A stretch of 64,000 bases of DNA from Vicugna vicugna (lineage: Eukaryota): assembly GCA_013265495.1 (NCBI GenBank), contig MU058009.1:1550001-1614000 (forward strand), read 5' to 3'. Shown here piece by piece: positions 52,341-63,980 of this stretch. The notes under the pieces were generated by a model. It was not told the DNA's origin, searched no databases, and worked only from the letters and a program-made list of their open reading frames with translations. Positions within the stretch are counted from its first letter, which is position 1; each line of letters opens with the position of its first letter. The translations under genes were made by a program, and so were the position numbers.

Positions 52341-53267
52341 CTGGAGGAGGAGGAGGAGGCGGGAGGAGGGCGGGAGGGAGGGATGGGAAGAGACACGGTA
52401 AGACCCTCTCGGTGGGGATCCCCGGGAGGGATGGAGGGAGGGAGCGGCCAGTGGAGACGCCTGGCCCTGGTCTGCGAGCCCACTGCCGTGGTCCCGTCCT
52501 GTTTCAGAGCTCCCAGGACAGAGATTCAGAGTCCAGGGCTGCTCGTATCTGCCAGAGGGAGACAGCGGTGCCTGGGACCTCCAGAGCCTAGAGCCAGAAA
52601 TCTACAGGCTGAGAACCACACCTGTGATGATGGGATTTCTGGCTGATGAGCTAGACCCTATGTGGATGAAGGAATTCGCACAGCGCAGGCTCAATTCAGT
52701 CCTTCTTCTGACTCGGGCCAGTGAGATGATTCCAAGAGGCTCAATTTGGCAAAATATTTTGGTCATAAGGAAAAAAAATTCCATTAGACTAAGACCAGAT
52801 TGACCTCTTTTGACCCTGGAACTAAAATATTACTCTGTAGCCTTTTTTGCAAACCCTATTTTAAAGTGAAATACGTGGAGTACCGAATCTACGCCTTCTC
52901 AAATAAAGTCAAAGAAGTTGCGAGATGCTTTTCCCAGGAGGTGAAACAAGAAAACACTGGCATCCCTTTACACAGAAATCTATATTCTTTATCTCCTCCA
53001 AGTACACTTCTGTATTTGAAATTTGTACTTTACTGGGGAAGTGTAGGCAATAAAAAAAACCAGAGAAACCAGCTAAAGAGTTAAGGTCCACAGCAGTGTC
53101 AGAAAGCCTCTACTCTGTGAGTTGCTTAAGGCATTCTCCACTGACCACAAGATCATGCAAGTTCATTAATTTCCCAAACCAGGTTATAAACAGCTGCTAG
53201 GATTGCATAATGGCTCCGAGAGAAATTTCCATTGGCAAAAAGGCCATTACAAAGGAGGCTAACAAAT

Positions 53268-53300
<33 letters not shown>

Positions 53301-56300
53301 GAAAGAAAAAGGGGGGGCGGTGATGAAAATAAATGCATGTAAATGCTGAAAAGGCTCCCAGGAGTATTTTTTTTCTGTTTTACTTCCAGATACTTTTCAG
53401 GCAACCTAAATTAAATCACAGGAGACGAAATGGCCAATTCAATTCAGCAAAGTCAAGAGCCCAAAGGATGTGACAAACATGTGTGCAGAAATACCTGTGA
53501 GTCAGGGCCGGCTCGTCTACCGCAGTGCTTAAATCCCAGAATAAGATTGGCACATACAGCATAATACTAGTGTGTTTCTGGTGTATTCCTCCCTTCATAA
53601 CACAGGAGATTAGCTAAAACAATGAGATCCAAATATTCAACTTTGGTGTCCAAACCAAAATTAAATATATAGTAATTAGGAAGGAAGATATGTCGCTTCC
53701 AAGAAATTTTTAAAAGTCCCAGATAAAAGATATTCAGTTAAATAAGTAATTTTTGCATCATCTACTGATATAGATTTCCTGAACCTCTTATCCCCTCCAG
53801 GACTGCTGGGAACAGGAACACGGTGATTTATCTGCTTCATCTGCTTCCTTCCTCTAGCCATCCATTCAAAGAAGGGTCCTCCCCAGAAGGCACACGAAGA
53901 GCTCCCCGGAGTTCTCAGCCCTGGCCACTCAGCCCACTGTCAGATTGGCAACTTTTTACTAGTATTAAAAATGAAGGAATTGTCCCTTCCAGAAATTCAC
54001 ATGAAAAGACTCAAGAAGACAGCCCACGGGCAAGAATGTCACAGCCTCTTTTTCAACAGAACAGGAAATTTTGCGGCCTCTTATAAAAAGGTGTTTGCTC
54101 AGAACAGCTCCCCATCTTAATGGTCAGTCGGCGTCTCTGCGAGAGAAGCAGCACTAAAGTCCTAAGCAAGACAGCCGATACTTGGATGAAGAACTCCCCA
54201 CCAAGCCGCCGCTGTTCAGGCTGCCTTTCCACTCGAGTGTCTCTGAGCTGATTCTATCCAGCATTTTTATATTTGGAGGGCGTGCAGACTGGAATTTCCA
54301 CAAGCAAGACAGTGGCGTTTCCAAGGAGTCCCAGCAAGCAAGGGCCCTGAACCAGGCCGCGACCGCTCTCTGGCAGCCGCTCAAACAAGAGCCAGATGCA
54401 GCTCTGCTGAGAGCTGCGGTCCGGGGCTGGACGCCGCTTTCGTTTCAGCTCTCTTTCACAATCCCGGAGCTGGGAACCTTCACTTACGGGTATTTTCTCC
54501 AAAAACGGGTTGACTCCACCCGATTAGACACTCAGTTGTGCTACCATGCGCTCGTGCAGGGACGCACATGTCCTCTAAGACGTCCCCTGGCCCGCTGTTC
54601 CAAGAAGCGTCCCCGCCAGGTCCTCCCAGAGCCGTCTGACTCCACCCAGCAGACCTCAGAGCACGCAGAACAGTAGGTGGGGCGGCCCCACGGTGCCCCA
54701 CCGAACAGACCAGCACAAAGGAGACAGCGCTCCGAGTCCGGATGAGTGAACACAGCACTGTGTACACCCCAGTGCGGTATCCGAACACTATGATTATTGT
54801 TAGTAACAGCCCGCTCACAGCCATGCTTTCAGTCCGGACCAGTCCTCCCAGGTCTGATTCACTCAGCCCCTGGAACAGGTCTGGAGGGCAGCACCTCCAA
54901 CACGCAGGAAGCAGCCATGAACAAAACGGTCTCCCCCTCCAGTCCGTGCGGTGTGAGCTTGGGGAGAAGCAGGGAGAATGAGGCGGGAGAGGAGCCCCTC
55001 CTGTCCCTTCACACAGGTCACTGTCTGGCCCATCATCACACATGGGGGGGGCGGGTCCGGGGTGGTGGGGACTGAAACCAAGGCCCAAGAGAAGGTGAGG
55101 GAGACAGGACAATGACATGCAAAGCCAGACGCAACTGGAAAACCATGTGCAGCAGGTCTACCCCAAGTGACAACATGGGTGGGCCCCCACGCACACTCGG
55201 CCTCACTGCACACACACACAAAGCCCCACGAGAAAGAAAGTGGTTCTGTTGCTGTGACTCGCCTGTGAAACAAGGTACACACATGTGTGCAGGTATTTAA
55301 ATAGACAGGCGTCCAAAAATAAAAGAGTCAGAAAGGGGAAGGCAACACTGGTCCCACCCATCCCCTTCTGTCTGAAACACAAACACCCCAGGGCCCTAGG
55401 AAGGAAGATTACAGGTTCCGATTTTGCTGGGGACTTTCCCTCTGCAGGCCTGCCGGTCATCCTGGGGCCTGCTGGGAGGAAGCGGGAGCCTGAACACTCG
55501 AAGGAGAGGGCAACGTGTATGGCCCAGAGGCCTCTGGGCCTCAGAAGAGGGTGCAGGTCATCACTGAGCAGAAATCACCATCAGCCCGGCCAGGCCTGCC
55601 CTCTGTGACTGCAGCCCTCGCAAGCACCCCTCGAACGGGCTCTCCCCTGCTCCTCTTCCTGTTTGTAGTTCTTCCCCATTTATCCACCAGCTCTTTAGAA
55701 ATCAGCTAGTCCTCCCTGGCTGAACAAGTCCCTCCCTGCGATGGCCTGCACTTTTCCCAGAAACAAAACCATCTGAACCCTTCACTCAGTGCCCTGTGCC
55801 TCTGAGTGTTTACGTTCCGATCTTAAAAACTGAGTGCATTCAACTTTTTTTTTTTTTTGCTTTACAGGGTCAGCCAGCTCTATTTTGAAATGTTTGTTTC
55901 ACTGTCAGTGAACATTTGATCATTTCATAGCAGTCATGTCAGCAGGAGCACCTTCTTTTGGAAGCCTCTGGCCACCTCCTTCCCTGGTCCTCTAGCTAAA
56001 TACACACTGTCACCACACTGCTGATGGCGGGTTCCAAATAAGCCGTTGGTTAACCACCTTGTATCTTCCCAAACCGAAGAAGTCACAGGAGGCTGGGAAG
56101 CAGGGATCGCCCGGACACCAAGCCGGGATGTGCAGTCTGACCCAGGGATCTCCGGACACCAGGACGACGCGGAGAAACGCGCTCCGTGTGGGGCTCTCCT
56201 GAACCGTCTCCTGTGACTGTGTGCTCCTGAAGCACAGTCCTCTCACAGGAAACAGCGCAAACCTTCAAAGGCAGCTCCATTCAACCAAAGCTACTATCTG

Positions 56301-56549
56301 GTAAAATGTGTCACCCGAGTAAGAAATTTGATAGGTCCACCCGCCGGATTTCAACTCCACCGTGGACCCTCAATCCTTGTCATCCTGAAGGACTGGGCTG
56401 AAATTCCACCTTAATATCTAGACATTGTAAGACAGAAAGGCTAAAACTCAGGAATGCAGGGGCTAAGAGGGAGGGGGAAAAATGGGACCTGAAACCTGCA
56501 CAAAGTTAGGTTAATCCTTAGAAATTTCTAGAGCAGTAACCCAACTTAC

Positions 56550-56798
56550 CACGACTGGTCCGCCCCATGCACATGTTGTCTGGGGTCACCACCTCTTGTT
56601 TGATGGCAAAGTAGTCGGTCTGCAAGGTGTCGGTCTGCAGCGGGTCCCGGAGGATGACCGAGGGGTAGTCATTCTCATACTTCAGGGAGAGCAGCTCCTC
56701 CGAGCTGATGGGGTGGAGGGTCTGGTAGGACTCGGTGATGAAGCTGGGCTCAGAGAACTCCGAGGGAGGGACGCACTGCGCATGCTCGATACCATAGC
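56550..56798 (-). CDS. ETS1: ETS1 coding exon VI (249 nt): acidic transactivation region [15 protein letters not shown]...[20 protein letters not shown], with the IKQE SUMO motif (K227)
   Basis: Contained in ORF 56518..56868. Acceptor gcgtttccag|GC, donor CGTG|gtaagt. Confidence 0.97.
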
Positions 56799-57323
56799 CT
56801 GGAAACGCAGAGCGTGCGGGATTGGGGAGGGCAGAGACAGGCACCAGCGGTTCCCCGCCACTGACCATGGCCCCGCCGTGGGAAACACACTGACAGCCTT
56901 AGGGAATGAAAGGGAAGTGTTTTAGGTCAAAAGGGCCTGGGTGTTCAACCTTGTTCCCCAACTTGAGAGCTATGGCCCTTGATGAGACACTTCCCTTTTC
57001 TGACTTCGTTTTCTCATCTCTAATTAGGGATGGTGGCACTCATTCTCAGAGCGTCGTGATGCAGGGCAAATGCCATCGTGCCTGTAGAAAGCCTACCAAC
57101 ATCGCTGGCGCACGATGAGCTCCCTGTGGTTGTCAGAATAAAAATCATAATAAAGTAAAAGACACAACGAAAACCAACCCGCTTAAGACGCCCTTTGAAA
57201 GCAAAGCCATCGGATAACCACAGCCCTACACTAATTCTCTCCCTCCGGCCACCCCTGCAGTAGACTGAGGGATGCGACATCAGGAGGAGAAGGCTATATG
57301 TTCTGTAACAGACTCTGAGGCTA

Positions 57324-57449
57324 GGGGGGAGGGTAGAGCTCAGTGGCAGAGCGCGTGCTTACCATGCAGGAGGTCCTGGGTTCAATCCCCAGTACCTCCA
57401 CTAACAAATAAATAAATAAACCTAATTACTCCTACAAACAAAACAAAAA
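57324..57449 (+). mobile_element. tRNA-derived SINE (Vic-1-like) in intron V
   Basis: A and B boxes, AAATAAATAAACCTAATTAC tail, and TSD-like AGACTCTGAGGCT / AGAGCCTGAGGCT. Confidence 0.85.
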
Positions 57450-57846
57450 AGAGCCTGAGGCTGCGTGGCACACCCTGGAGGAAAGATTTCAGGGGAGAGG
57501 CTGTCATGTCCACCAGGGTCCAAGACAGAACCCTGAGCCCAAACTTCCAATGGCCAGCACAGTGCACAGGATCAAAGAGGATCCCAGCCTGGGGGGAAGT
57601 GGTGGAATCACTGCGTGACTCTGTGTTGAAGTTATCGGAGAGACCCCCAGGTTAATAAGACATGCAAACAGGCGGAAAGTCTTGTGCTTTGCAGGAATAA
57701 CAAAACAAAGAACCAAGAGTCTACATGAAGAAAATATTCTCTGTAGAATCACCACGAGGAGCCTGAGATCAGCTAGGACAGGGATCCTGTCCTCAGTTCC
57801 CATCGCGTGAGCCGGAAGAGGGTAGGGGAGAACCAGGCGGACTTAC

Positions 57847-57924
57847 TGATGAAGTAATCCGAGGTATAGCGGGACTCGGGGTAGGCAGGGTTCACTCCGT
57901 TCACCTGATACGGTTTCACATCCT
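57847..57924 (-). CDS. ETS1: ETS1 coding exon V (78 nt): [26 protein letters not shown]
   Basis: Translated by hand; too short for the ORF track. Acceptor tctgttgcag|AG, donor ATCA|gtaagt. Frame is consistent with both neighbours. Confidence 0.96.
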
Positions 57925-58350
57925 CTGCAACAGACGGGGAGGAACAAGACAAAGAGGTCAGCGTGCGAGCGGTGCTCGGCCTAAAGGGACCCTGGACGCA
58001 AGGACCGTGGTGACCTCAGCCCCTCCACTAAGAAATCTGCACGTTCACTGAGCTGGTGTCTGAGTCTCCACTGACTGGGGCCTTGTCTAGAGATGAGATC
58101 TCTGAAGTATGGCTAAGTTTATTATGTCAGTAGCTGCGAAATGGGATTTAATATCTTGGAAAGTGCACTGGCGTGAAATCCCTGAGGGCTGGGGGGGGGG
58201 CGTCCACCCTCATTCCAATGCACGTGGGGGCCACCAGCATCACACGCTTGAAGACGTCTTGGGAGGTTACCAAAATCAGTCACCAGCACTGCAGCTGATC
58301 AGTCCCAAACCTTTTCAGAAAGACAGGACCATCTTCAGGCAGGTTGATTT

Positions 58351-58555
58351 GGGTTTTTTACAATGTTGGTTTCAGGTAGACAGCAAAGCAATTCAGTTAT
58401 ACATATACATACACATATACATGTATATATTTTTTTCAGATTCTTTAAAGCTCATTATAAGAAACTGAATATAGCTCCCTGTGCTATATACAGTAGGTCC
58501 TTGTTATTTATCTGTTTTATAGACAATAATGTGGATCTGTTAATCCCAAACTCCT
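58351..58555 (-). mobile_element. Short L1 3'-end insertion in intron IV
   Basis: Same 3'UTR family as 8245-8480 (GTGCTATATACAGTAGGTCCTTGTTATTTATCTGTTTTAT). Confidence 0.8.
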
Positions 58556-58570
58556 AGGCAGGTAGGTTTT

Positions 58571-58690
58571 ATCTATTAATCTATTTTTCAGTAACTTTTT
58601 TTTTTTCCTGTCAGTTGGAGGTACTGGGAATTGAACCCAGGACCTCGTGCACACTGAGCATGCGCTCTACCACTGAGCTATACCCTCCCC
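58571..58690 (-). mobile_element. tRNA-derived SINE (Vic-1-like) in intron IV
   Basis: Reverse complement reads GGGGAGGGTATAGCTCAGTGGTAGAGCGCATGC...GGGTTCAATTCCCAGTACCTCCA. The 13-bp direct repeat GCAGGTAGGTTTT is at 58558-58570 and 58700-58712. Confidence 0.88.
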
Positions 58691-61077
58691 TGCCCCCAAG
58701 CAGGTAGGTTTTGGAGCCTCCACTTCTTCCAACAGATGTCTGGTTTTTGGTCTGTGTTCTTTCCGTTTGCCCTCAGATTTCAAGTTTGGGTCCAGATAAG
58801 ACACGAGACACAAGTAAGGTGACTCTACGTACATACTTACGTAAGTTTGTACGTATGCAAACATACATAAGGTGACTCCACTTGGCTCATACAAAACAGA
58901 CAAGTGTCATTTAACCAAACTCCCGCCTAGATGCCAACTCCCCTAGGAACGAGATGGGTTCGTGGATGAAGGTACCAGGCAGAGGAAGGCTCCCCACCAA
59001 GCCCAGGGGAGCTGGCCCATCCTCCCATAGCCCTGGAACCTAGCGCTGTGGCCTCCGGCCGCTGCACGGAACAGTCTGATCGCGTTTCACTACAAGACTC
59101 AGACCCGGAGAGGGTGGGTTTGGGTTTTCCCTCCGGTATTTGACAGCTTTCTGGGAGCAGAGACTGCTGGGACAACAAGTTCATGCCTGCACAGAAAAAC
59201 AGTTCCCAGCCGAGATAAAATGACTGCACTCCGCTTCAGCAGCTTATCAGATTGAAACATCCCCGGTACCTCTGGCCTCCTACCCCACCCAGGACAGCTA
59301 TGTTCTTTCGGGGCTGGGCTGCTTTAATTTAATTCCAGAACAAAAGCTGGAGCCTCAATACAAACATCTCGCTCAGCCCTTGAAGGATCTGAAGAGCTGA
59401 CGATTCTCACCGCCTCTCTCCACTGGGAACGGATGAGATGATATGACTTCTGTTCTCAAACCCACTCAGTTATTTCCCAATTCTCCTAAACTCACTTAGA
59501 TAATTCCTTTGCAGGAAAGGAGGCCAGAAGCTGCCTGATGAGCTCGCGTCATTAGGCAAAGAACACAGGACAGGAAGTTCGACTGAAAAGACCCAGGTGT
59601 AAGGAAATGAGTGATGTTGAGGAAACCACCCCAGCTGTCCTCGTGTCTCAGAGGGGGACACTGAGAGCACACGCCCTCCCGCGTCCCGGGCTAGTTTGGC
59701 GAATCCAGAGAGAAAGTGTACTTTCCAGCACTTTGGAAACAAGGAGATGCTGTGCAGGTATCAGCTGTCACTATGATCAGAGAGGCACACTTAGCCCCTC
59801 CCCATCGCTGGCTGCCCCTGGTGATGACTGGAGGGAAGCAGTGGATTAGGAGAATACATTCGGGTGACGTGGTCTGCTAGACGCCACTGCTGGGTTTAGA
59901 AGCCAGTGCTTGCATCAGATCTGCTCTGCGCCTGCCGTATCTTCTCCCTCTATAAACAGGCGCTCGCGTCAGCACGTCTGAGCGGTTTGTGTGCAGTTAC
60001 ACCGAGCTCACGGCGGGGCTTCGGGGAAGCCGGGGCAGCTGCCCAGTGCTCCTGGCCAAGATTCACCTCATTCTCAACCTTGCTTATTTATTCCTTTTTC
60101 AGCAGAAGCTGAAGAAAAAGGAAAAAAAGATAACACTTCGATGCCCAGAGGAGTCTAATTTGGGTCCCTCCTGGGCACTGCAGGGTGGAAAATAGCCTCA
60201 AACAAAGGAAGGTATTATATGGAAGAAAAGTACTACGCCTGAGCTCTGCTCCCTGCCCCCGGCGTCTGCCCGGGGGTTGGAGCTGGTGACCACAGGGAAA
60301 GGGTGGGCCTGGGTCAGAGAGGGCAACGGGCTTCTAGGCTTACAGTCAGCTGGAGGGCACTGCTGACTGCTGGTAACTGCAATTTATTTTAAGAAGAAAT
60401 TCAGAAAAATAAGCGCAAAAACACCCAAGTTTGCCGCCTGCTGCTGTTTCTATACCCAGCCAGGACTGTGGTACATGAGTCACTTGGTCCAAAAAGGTTG
60501 GAAGAGGCTGGGAGGGGAGGCCATGTCATTACAAGGTTGCAACACGGCGTCCTGACATAACCCCAGTTTCTGCTCCAGATGAAAAAGGTGACTGCGCGAC
60601 TCTGATCCCACCCCAGCCAGTGGGCAGAGAAGCCGTCTTATTAAGCAGTTCTGAGAAACTGAGCTTTCTCGTGGATGTGGCCATGGATCAAGGGAGTGCG
60701 TCTTCAAAATGCCAAAAAAAAAAAAAAAGAAAGAAAGAAAAGCTCTCTAGCTGCTGGCTGTGGGCACTGCTTGTTCTAACAGTACAGGAGTCAAAGTAAA
60801 GACTGGGATCTGAATTTTGCAAACCAAGAAGCTTCAGGAGCACGGTCTTGCTACAGATTAAAACTGGAACCTCCAATACATGGAAGAAAGAGAAACGAAT
60901 GTATATTGACCACCTGCCTTGAACCATGCACTGTACCGGCGCGTCTCCAGGACCACAGAGCTGCAACTAGACATCCAGATACTGGATTCGATGTTCACCA
61001 CCTGGCATATTCCCCCCACGACAGCCAAAACCACCCCTACCGCCCCCACCTCACCCTGTGCCTACACATTTACTTAC

Positions 61078-61278
61078 CTTTCTGCAGGATCTCGAGATGC
61101 TCCCACAAGATGTCCCCAACAAAGTCTGGGGCCAGCTCAAGAAAGCAGTCTTTCCCCAGCGCACAGAGGGCCGCTCCGTTCATGCAGAACTTCTGGAAGT
61201 CCACGCCTTTCAGGCTGAATTCATTGACAGCCCACATCACCCAGTCCCGAACATGCGTCTCGGTCCACTGCCGGGGGT
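61078..61278 (-). CDS. ETS1: ETS1 coding exon IV (201 nt): PNT/SAM domain [67 protein letters not shown]
   Basis: Contained in ORF 61070..61303. Acceptor cccctcag|AC, donor AAAG|gtaagt. Confidence 0.98.
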
Positions 61279-61746
61279 CTGAGGGGCGACAGCAAATGAA
61301 CATCCAGCAGATGAGGCTCTGAACTCATCCCCGAGCCTCGGAGAGGACATGAAAGGATCTGATCATCTCTGAGAAGGTTCTCAAATTCACAGAATTAGGA
61401 ACCCCACATGGGGCACCTTCCATAACCCTCCTCCCCATGTTCAACATCCCTGGATTCTCCATCCCGCCAGCTAGAAGATCCCTGTCATCGGGCAAAAAGT
61501 GATGGAGCATCCTCTACCTGCAGAACCTTCAGACAAAGATTCCAGGAATCCCTCCCTCATGGCCTTATTTCCACCAGACCTTTTATAAAGCCTGGGACAA
61601 GGAAACAAATGGCTTCTTTAACAGCAATAATAGCAAAGTCAAGTGTGGGCTGGAGGCTGCCCTCAGCTCTCCCTGCTCTCAACTTGGGTAATTTGCTTGA
61701 GGTCCTTATGTTTAATTATTTTTCTCTTAGTTAATTACAATTAATA

Positions 61747-61928
61747 CAGACATCCCTTGGGATCCAAGGAGGATTGGTTCCAGGACCCCCTCGGATACCA
61801 AAACCCACGGATGCTCCTGTCCCTTATGTAAAATGGTGGGGTACAGTCAGCAGATTCAAGCAACAGAGTCTGATCTGGGGTTGGCTGAATCTGCCAACAC
61901 AGAACCCTCGGATATGGAGGGCTGACTG
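61747..61928. mobile_element. MER2/MER8-like Tigger MITE (182 bp) with intact TA target duplications
   Basis: TA|CAGACATCCCTTGGGATCC...GGATATGGAGGGCTGACTG|TA, with internal GGATTGGTTCCAGGACCCCC. Confidence 0.8.
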
Positions 61929-62990
61929 TAACAATCACAACGATTAGTAACAGAAGGTCATCCAAATGATGCTTAGCAATAACATTATTAGGTACCTGTA
62001 TTATACCAGATCCCCTGCAAAATGTATCGGTATCACGGGCCCTGCACTGAGAGGCAGCAGAGAACAGACTACACATAATCTTCAACGTGACCACACCAGC
62101 TGATGCCACTCACAGAGCGTGATGGCAAGCTGTGGTACCCACATCACACCTGCTCGCAGAGTTACCCTCTTCAGCCTCGAAAATGACTTTATGAGATGTT
62201 GGAAAACCCCGTGGTCAAAATTCATGTTATTCTGCCTGATGGTCCTGCAAGGATGCCGGGCACTGCTGTCAGCGGGGGCTTGTGGTGAAGGAGAGTTCAT
62301 GGAAAAGGGGTCACAGTCGCAGAACCTACCTAAGGCTTGTGCCTGGCAGGGAGGAATGCTGGAGACAGCATTTCCCTTACTCAGTAGAAAAGTGCTCATT
62401 CCGCTCTCCGTTGTCCACGAAATGCTGCTTGGTCAAGACCAAGTCTTCCCTACTCATTGTCCCTTCCTGACCCCTCGAGTCATTTTCCCTCACATTCCTG
62501 AAGAAACCCGTTCAGATAAGCACCCCGATGTGTAAACGCATTTCACCAAGGACACGGAAAAGAAAAAAGTAAATTCCCAGAAACGCAGCTCGCCAAGGTC
62601 GTCCAGTGGCAGCCCGGAAGGGCTCCAAGACCGCGCTTTCCAAGCTTGTCTGTACTACCGAGTCCCCTGAGGAGCCTGCGCATTACTGATGCTACCAGCA
62701 ACTGTGACTTGATGGGTCTGGGACATGGCCTGGGCTGGGCAATGTTTTTGACAATCCCCAGTCTAACGTGCAAACGAGTTTGGGCACCACCGCCCTAAGG
62801 CCAAGATGGCAGTGACAAAGCCAGGAGACGAAGGAGCATGAACAGGTGTCTGCGCTTGTCCCAACAGCTGTCTGCAAAGATCTGCAGTTGCTGACTGAAA
62901 GCTGCTGAGAAACAATGTCTACCTCACAGCCCAGGTGGGGAACTGACCGTGCCCAGGTCTCTGATTCCATCCTCTCTCTTCCTAACATAC

Positions 62991-63110
62991 CTTTTGGAAT
63001 CCCCAGACGTTGCTGCTCTTTAGAGAAACCACTGAACGTAGCTTTCAAGGCTTGAGACATCATTTCCTTGCTGCTTGGAGTTAACAGTGGGACATCTGCA
63101 CATTCCATAT
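62991..63110 (-). CDS. ETS1: ETS1 coding exon III (120 nt, phase 1-1): [40 protein letters not shown], with the ERK site Thr38 (PLLTP)
   Basis: Translation matches the ETS1 N-terminal region as I recall it. Minus-strand acceptor tttcttgcag|AT and donor AAAG|gtatgt. The upstream exon lies outside the window. Confidence 0.97.
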
Positions 63111-63149
63111 CTGCAAGAAAAAAAATACGGTAACAGATGTCAGCTAGAC

Positions 63150-63248
63150 CCATTTTGCAACATGCACATATACCAAATCATACTGTTACACACCTGAAAT
63201 GAATACAATGTTATATGTCAGTTGTATTTCAATTTAAAAAAAAAAAGA
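63150..63248 (+). mobile_element. L1 3' tail fragment
   Basis: GTTACACACCTGAAATGAATACAATGTTATATGTCAGTTGTATTTCAATTT followed by poly(A). Confidence 0.65.
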
Positions 63249-63860
63249 AATAGGTAATTAACCACCCGTGAAATAGAACAGAGCATGAAAGGCCTGAAGA
63301 AGGCAAGATCAGACATGACTGTACTAACATCCTCACCAGGGCAGGTGAAATTTGGGGGGCTTTCCACAGTGTGGTGGGGCCCTTAAAAAAAACCTGACTC
63401 TTGCCTAGGATGTCCCGTCTCTCTGACAAAGTCTGTTTCTTCTTCCTGCAGAGCTCTACGAAGTCCCCGTAGCCCCCATTCACTGAGATTATCAGCGCTT
63501 CTACCTACTTCCAGTTCCCTGTGTAAAGGCAGTAACAACATCCATGCTGCAACTACTCAGCACTCGCTCCATGCACGGAACTACAGGAAGAACCGTGAAG
63601 ACGACAGAAGTTACCCTGAATGTATGGAGCTGGGACTCCGACTCCAGCAGGGCAAACAGTCATTGAAAAAGCACTTACACAATTAAACGTCCAAATACAA
63701 CGTCAATAAGGGCTTCGCAGGAGGAGGAGAAGATAAAATGGCAACACAAAACAGGGACTCCTGCAGGTCTGGAGGAATCCGAGGACTCCCTTAGAAGGGA
63801 GAACTTCAACCTGAGGTCTGAAGGATACACAGGAGTTGTTGTTTTTTAAATACTGCAGAC

Positions 63861-63980
63861 CAGTGGTTCTCAAAGTGTGCTCCCCAGACTAGCAGCATCA
63901 GCATCACCTGGGAACGGTGAGAAGTGCGCGTTCTCAGCCCCACCCAAGCCTCCTGGGTCAGAACCTCGGGGCCGGGGTGG
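63861..63980 (+). mobile_element. MER5A-like hAT-Charlie MITE
   Basis: CAGTGGTTCTCAAAGTGTG...CAGCATCAGCATCACCTGGGAA. Confidence 0.75.

Noticed and set aside
51850-52401. 183-aa plus-strand ORF antisense to exon VII, and 109-aa ORF antisense to exon VI (56596-56925)
   Set aside because: Shadow ORFs caused by the high third-position GC content of the ETS1 codons.
54182-55282. Several 139-212 aa ORFs in intron VI
   Set aside because: Overlapping on both strands, low complexity, with no domain or exon-like boundaries.
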